Shown here: piece by piece, positions 31,806-35,539 of the stretch
Layout of the letters: the number at the start of each line of letters is the position of its first letter
Position numbering within the stretch: the stretch's first letter is position 1
Origin: Bdellovibrionales bacterium
Lineage (GTDB): Bacteria > Bdellovibrionota > Bdellovibrionia > Bdellovibrionales > UBA840
Assembly: GCA_037969075.1 (NCBI GenBank)
Contig: JBBKWS010000198.1
Coordinates: 1 to 35,539, forward strand
Direction of reading: 5' to 3'
DNA length: 35,539 nucleotides
The notes under the pieces: model-generated
Seen by the model: the letters and a program-made list of their open reading frames with translations, nothing else
Database searches by the model: none
Told to the model about the DNA's origin: nothing
Program-made: the position numbers and the translations under genes

Positions 31806-33266
31806 ATGGATCAAATCGTAGGGATAAAAGACATAGTACTTATTTTACCCATTATAGCGCTATTTGTAGTGAGTCTGATTCCGCTAACAATTAAATTAAT
31901 GAATAACAATGTAGAGCAAAGACCCTATGCAACCCTACTTCAGGGCATTATCGGAATCATCCTTGCCTTAGTGTTTATAGGAATACAGTCTAGCGGAGCA
32001 AACGTACTAGCTTTTGATACGGCATTTATTTTTGATGGCATTAATCGTTGGTTATCTTTATTGATAGTTACAATTGGCGGAGCGACATTATTTTTATCTC
32101 ACAGCAATATAAATACAAAAGGTGAGCAATTTTCAGAGCATACATTTTTAATATTAAATGCAATGGTTGGAATGTTGATACTCTCTGCATCAAGCGATTT
32201 AATAGTTACGTTTATCGGCCTTGAAATCATGTCTCTAGCGCTTTATGTATTAGTGGCGCAAAGCAAAGAGCAGATCATTGCAAAAGAGGCTGCGTTTAAG
32301 TATTTCATCTTAGGTAGCTTAGCCTCGGCAATATTTTTATATGGAATTGCGTTAATATACGGAAGCTCTGGCACAACTTATATTCCAGATATCGCAAAAA
32401 TAGCGCCTGAATTATTACAGAGCGATGTCATATTTAGTATCGGCAGTATTTTATTGCTAGCAGGACTTTTATTTAAGGTTTCAATCTTTCCATTTCACGC
32501 TTGGACTCCAGATGTATATCAAGGAGCACCTACGCCAGTGACAGCATTTATGTCTACAGGTGTAAAGGTAGCAACCTTTGCTTTTTTACTACGAATGTTT
32601 AGTATTGGAATGTTTGCAGAAAACGATACAGTTTTTTATATTATTCAATGGCTTGCGGTTCTTACGATATTAGTTGGAAATATTGGCGCCTTAGTGCAAA
32701 CAAACCTTAAGAGAATGTTGGCGTATTCAAGTATAGCGCATTCCGGTTACGTACTGGTTGGGGTTTTGGTATTAGCCGCGAACCCTAAAGATGGGCTATC
32801 TATTGCGGCTGCTATGTATTACTTGTTAACATATGTAATTGTAAACATCGGTGCTTTTGCCATTATCAATTTGTTTGAAAAATCTGAGGACAAACAAATT
32901 ACGGTTGATGACCTATCTGGCTTGGCAAAAGAAAGACCCGTGCTTGCCTTTGTATTTACACTGTTTATGTTAAGCCTTGCTGGTATTCCGCCACTTGCTG
33001 GTTTCTTTGGTAAATTCTTTATATTTGCAGCAGCTGTACAATATGGATTTTATTGGGTGGCAGTATGGGGTGTAATAGGATCAGTGATTTCTGTATATTA
33101 CTATTTAAGGCCCGTTATTCATATGTATATGAAAGATGCCGACCAAAAGCTAGAAGTGATGAAACAAGAATTGAGCTATATTGCCATCGCAATTTGCGTT
33201 GTACTTGTCTTACTAGTGGGAGTGTTTTCAACAAAATTTTTATCAACAATCCAAGCGGCTCTGTAG
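31806..33266 (+). CDS. nuoN: NADH-quinone oxidoreductase subunit N
   Basis: EAAFKYFILG, FKVSIFPFHAWTPDVYQGAPTP, KRMLAYSSIAH, SLAGIPPLAGFFGK. Confidence 0.98.
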   Translation: MDQIVGIKDIVLILPIIALFVVSLIPLTIKLMNNNVEQRPYATLLQGIIGIILALVFIGIQSSGANVLAFDTAFIFDGINRWLSLLIVTIGGATLFLSHSNINTKGEQFSEHTFLILNAMVGMLILSASSDLIVTFIGLEIMSLALYVLVAQSKEQIIAKEAAFKYFILGSLASAIFLYGIALIYGSSGTTYIPDIAKIAPELLQSDVIFSIGSILLLAGLLFKVSIFPFHAWTPDVYQGAPTPVTAFMSTGVKVATFAFLLRMFSIGMFAENDTVFYIIQWLAVLTILVGNIGALVQTNLKRMLAYSSIAHSGYVLVGVLVLAANPKDGLSIAAAMYYLLTYVIVNIGAFAIINLFEKSEDKQITVDDLSGLAKERPVLAFVFTLFMLSLAGIPPLAGFFGKFFIFAAAVQYGFYWVAVWGVIGSVISVYYYLRPVIHMYMKDADQKLEVMKQELSYIAIAICVVLVLLVGVFSTKFLSTIQAAL

Positions 33267-33286
33267 GTACCTGCTTCCTTTTTCGG
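33265..33286 (+). repeat. Left inverted repeat (REP-like)
   Basis: AGGTACCTGCTTCCTTTTTCGG; overlaps the nuoN TAG stop. Confidence 0.9.
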
Positions 33287-33302
33287 GGCACGGCGCATAA
33301 AA

Positions 33303-33938
33303 CTAATACTTAGAGTGCTCCAACGCAGAGTGACCTTTGTTTGAGCTTTTAGCTAAGGTAAAATTTATTTTGCGTAATCCTCTTCTAATTGCATCACGGT
33401 TTTCTTTAGTTGGCGCAGAGTTTAACCAAGCTAGTGTTCCTGCGAAATCTCCAAATAATGTATCATCACGACAAACCGGTATAAATAAGTTTGTAACTCC
33501 GACAAGACCGCTTAAGGTAGAATACGGATAGGCGCAAACATCGGATGCCAACCCAGCCTCAACCGGATTTCTATAAACATATTTATAGGCATGTAAGTAA
33601 TATAGAGGGTTACTAATGCTAGTCTTGTGATACCTAGAGCCGTAGACTTGATTTATCCTATTAGATTCGCGACCAATTTGTCGGCTAGTTTCTCTCATAA
33701 AATAATTCATGCCCCTACTTAGGTTGTCCTGCGGAGTACGTATAATCATGTGGAAGTGATTAGACATCAAAACAAATGAATGAATTTGAAAACCAAATCC
33801 GTGATGTAATAAGAAAAGATAGTCTTCCATAATTCGCCAAACTGAATCTATGGGCAGTGAAAACCACTCTTTGTTGATGCATCTTGCACTTATATGAACG
33901 GGAAAATTTATATCTAAAACATATTTTTTGCGTGGCAT
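33303..33938 (-). CDS. REP-associated tyrosine transposase (RAYT, Y1_Tnp / IS200-like HUH family)
   Basis: MPRK start, HISARCIN, FVLMSNHFH (HUH), YVYRNPVEAGL (catalytic Tyr), YPYST. Probable ATG at 33938. Confidence 0.9.
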   Translation of the reverse strand: MPRKKYVLDINFPVHISARCINKEWFSLPIDSVWRIMEDYLFLLHHGFGFQIHSFVLMSNHFHMIIRTPQDNLSRGMNYFMRETSRQIGRESNRINQVYGSRYHKTSISNPLYYLHAYKYVYRNPVEAGLASDVCAYPYSTLSGLVGVTNLFIPVCRDDTLFGDFAGTLAWLNSAPTKENRDAIRRGLRKINFTLAKSSNKGHSALEHSKY

Positions 33939-34014
33939 ACGTATCAACTATGCAATGCATGCCAACTTCTCAAGTCCAATTAAATGAAGAATGAACTAAT
34001 TTAAAATCCGAATT

Positions 34015-34035
34015 CCGAAAAGGAAGCAGGTACCT
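34015..34035 (-). repeat. Right inverted repeat (REP-like)
   Basis: CCGAAAAGGAAGCAGGTACCT; its reverse complement equals the left repeat minus one T; abuts the patatin stop codon. Confidence 0.9.
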
Positions 34036-35235
34036 TTAAATGCCGTGCTCTCGAAGACAGCGAATAGCTGATAAAAAACCAATCTTTAAAATTTTTCCTA
34101 ATACTTTGGGATTAAAGCTGAAGTGATCCATAAAAAATAGCTCATGGTCTTGTGGGCTAGGGTGTAGGTAAATATAATCTACATTTGTTTTGTGTTCGAA
34201 TTTATCACAGAACATTTCTACTAACTTTTTGGCGTGCTCTTCTGGCAGGTTGTTTTGCTTAAAATAAGTCTGAATGTCTTCGGTCATCTCTTTAAATTTT
34301 TTCTTCTCTCTAATAAAGCGGTAAATCTTTTGGTGTACAACTTGATATAGAGCCTGATTAATAATTACGGGAATCCCATATTCATGTAGGCTGCCCATTT
34401 CTTTGTTGTAGTGATAGGGCTGTAAACTATAGCTAGCAATTACCAAGTCAGAGCCAGTGTCCTCTGCAACATGAGAAGATAAAGTATCCCTGATTTCTCC
34501 GTCAAAATAATAGATCTCTTTGCCATCAGGACGCTTTACTGGATACGGAGCAAAGACAGGTGGTAAGGAGGTAGAGGCAGCTACAGCATCACTAATCGAA
34601 GCGTAGTTGATCCATTTTATATGTTCATGCTTTCTAGACTGCTCAAAACCACCAAAAACAACTTTCCTTGTATGATTTAACTGCGTGGCGATTACATATA
34701 GCTCAACACCGAGTTGGTCGAAGCGATTTACTGGTAAGGCTTCCTCGCGGAGATATTTTTCAATTCCCGTAGTATTGAACATCCCGTTTACTTTAAAGCC
34801 ACTCTTTAGCAGGACTTCTAGTCCGCCAATAACATTGGGCTTCTTAAAGAAAGTTTTAGGCAGAAAATTCATTAGGCTAGAGCTATTGATTTGATATATG
34901 TCTTTGTACCCCAAAGGACGAAGGTAACCGCTTGGGCTATCTTTTGAGGGAGCCATCTCTGATCCCATCCCGAAAGATTGAATTAAAGTATCCACTGAAT
35001 ACCCAGAAGCTAAATAGGCGCTAATAATAGCGCCTGCACTTGAACCTAAATATACTTGTATGGGAATTTTATTTTCAGATGCAGAAACTTGCTTAGCCAC
35101 TTCCTCTTTGGAGCCCCCAGTAAAAAGAAATCCTTTTTCTTGAAGTGCTAAACAAGCCCCTACATGAAAGGCGGCGGCTTTAATTCCGCCACCGCCCAAG
35201 CACAACGCTACTCTTTGTTTATTGCCAAGCCTCAT
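34036..35235 (-). CDS. Patatin-like phospholipase family protein
   Basis: LGGGGIKA oxyanion motif, GSSAG nucleophile, AASTSLPPVFAP, DGE catalytic Asp. Confidence 0.92.
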   Translation of the reverse strand: MRLGNKQRVALCLGGGGIKAAAFHVGACLALQEKGFLFTGGSKEEVAKQVSASENKIPIQVYLGSSAGAIISAYLASGYSVDTLIQSFGMGSEMAPSKDSPSGYLRPLGYKDIYQINSSSLMNFLPKTFFKKPNVIGGLEVLLKSGFKVNGMFNTTGIEKYLREEALPVNRFDQLGVELYVIATQLNHTRKVVFGGFEQSRKHEHIKWINYASISDAVAASTSLPPVFAPYPVKRPDGKEIYYFDGEIRDTLSSHVAEDTGSDLVIASYSLQPYHYNKEMGSLHEYGIPVIINQALYQVVHQKIYRFIREKKKFKEMTEDIQTYFKQNNLPEEHAKKLVEMFCDKFEHKTNVDYIYLHPSPQDHELFFMDHFSFNPKVLGKILKIGFLSAIRCLREHGI

Positions 35236-35241
35236 CTAAAG

Positions 35242-35269
35242 ATTCTAACGAAGAATATCTAGATAGCAA
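35242..35269 (-). promoter_or_regulatory. Sigma70-type promoter for the patatin gene (probably leaderless)
   Basis: Minus strand TTGCTA-16-TAGAAT-6-ATG(35235); no SD. Confidence 0.5.
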
Positions 35270-35278
35270 TGGGGATTC

Positions 35279-35335
35279 ATGACTAGGCAGATGATTAGGT
35301 CTTAGGCCCTAACGCGACGCACTCTGCGTAGTCAT
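35279..35335. other. Long stem-loop in the intergenic region
   Basis: ATGACTAGGCAGA (35279-91) pairs 12/13 with TCTGCGTAGTCAT (35323-35); inner TTAGG/CCTAA hairpin. Confidence 0.6.
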
Positions 35336-35396
35336 ATGCAAACTTTGAGTAGTCAAATGGTGTTTGGATAGGTAGATATGTGAGTGGGGGCTATCT

Positions 35397-35539
35397 ATGC
35401 AAGACTCTTGGATGTCATTGATCGAGTATTCAAACAAGTACAAGATAAGTATTTCTACACTACGTAGAAAGATTAAGTCTGATGAGGCTGAATATTTATT
35501 TGAAGATGGTAAATACTATTTAAAAGATTTAGATCCAAA
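35397..35539 (+). CDS. Helix-turn-helix (excisionase/MerR-like) DNA-binding protein, 5' part (runs off the window)
   Basis: Own translation MQDSWMSLIEYSNKYKISISTLRRKIKSDEAEYLFEDGKYYLKDLDP; G-rich SD at 35386-90. Not in the ORF track. Confidence 0.7.
   Translation, partial: MQDSWMSLIEYSNKYKISISTLRRKIKSDEAEYLFEDGKYYLKDLDP

Larger units (their letters stand above)
33265..34035. mobile_element. RAYT/Y1-transposase locus bounded by inverted repeats (771 bp)
   Basis: One HUH transposase gene between two 21-22 bp inverted repeats; no target-site duplication seen. Confidence 0.7.

Noticed and set aside
33951..33965. Sigma54-like TTGGCATGCATTGCA (minus strand) upstream of the transposase
   Set aside because: The GG-to-GC spacing is 2 bp shorter than the strict -24/-12 requirement.
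35344..35357. TTTGA-N4-TCAAA as an FNR/CRP box
   Set aside because: FNR needs TTGAT-N4-ATCAA (TTGA-N6-TCAA) and the spacing here is 2 bp shorter; kept only as an unassigned palindrome.

Overview
AT-rich bacterial chromosomal segment next to the replication origin. Gene order (rpmH-rnpA-yidD-yidC-jag-mnmE-mnmG, parA-parB-bactofilin, atp operon lacking a/c, membrane-arm-only nuo operon) suggests a Bdellovibrionota or related delta-like lineage (inference). Core content: the oriC-proximal cluster, two parS sites bracketing an orphan lipoprotein where rsmG normally lies, atpF'-F-H-A-G-D-C, an FAH-family gene, nagZ, mfd, nuoA-H-J-K-L-M-N, a RAYT-type HUH transposase between inverted repeats, a patatin-like gene and a partial HTH gene. 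The most striking feature is at 20856-25965: seven intact, tightly coupled, highly diverged membrane-protein genes directly upstream of the real nuoA-H-J-K-L-M-N. By manual alignment they match NuoA, H, J, K, L, N and M one-to-one but lack the conserved charged proton-pumping residues, so they look like a 'shadow' complex I membrane arm. All homology calls were made by eye and no searches were run.
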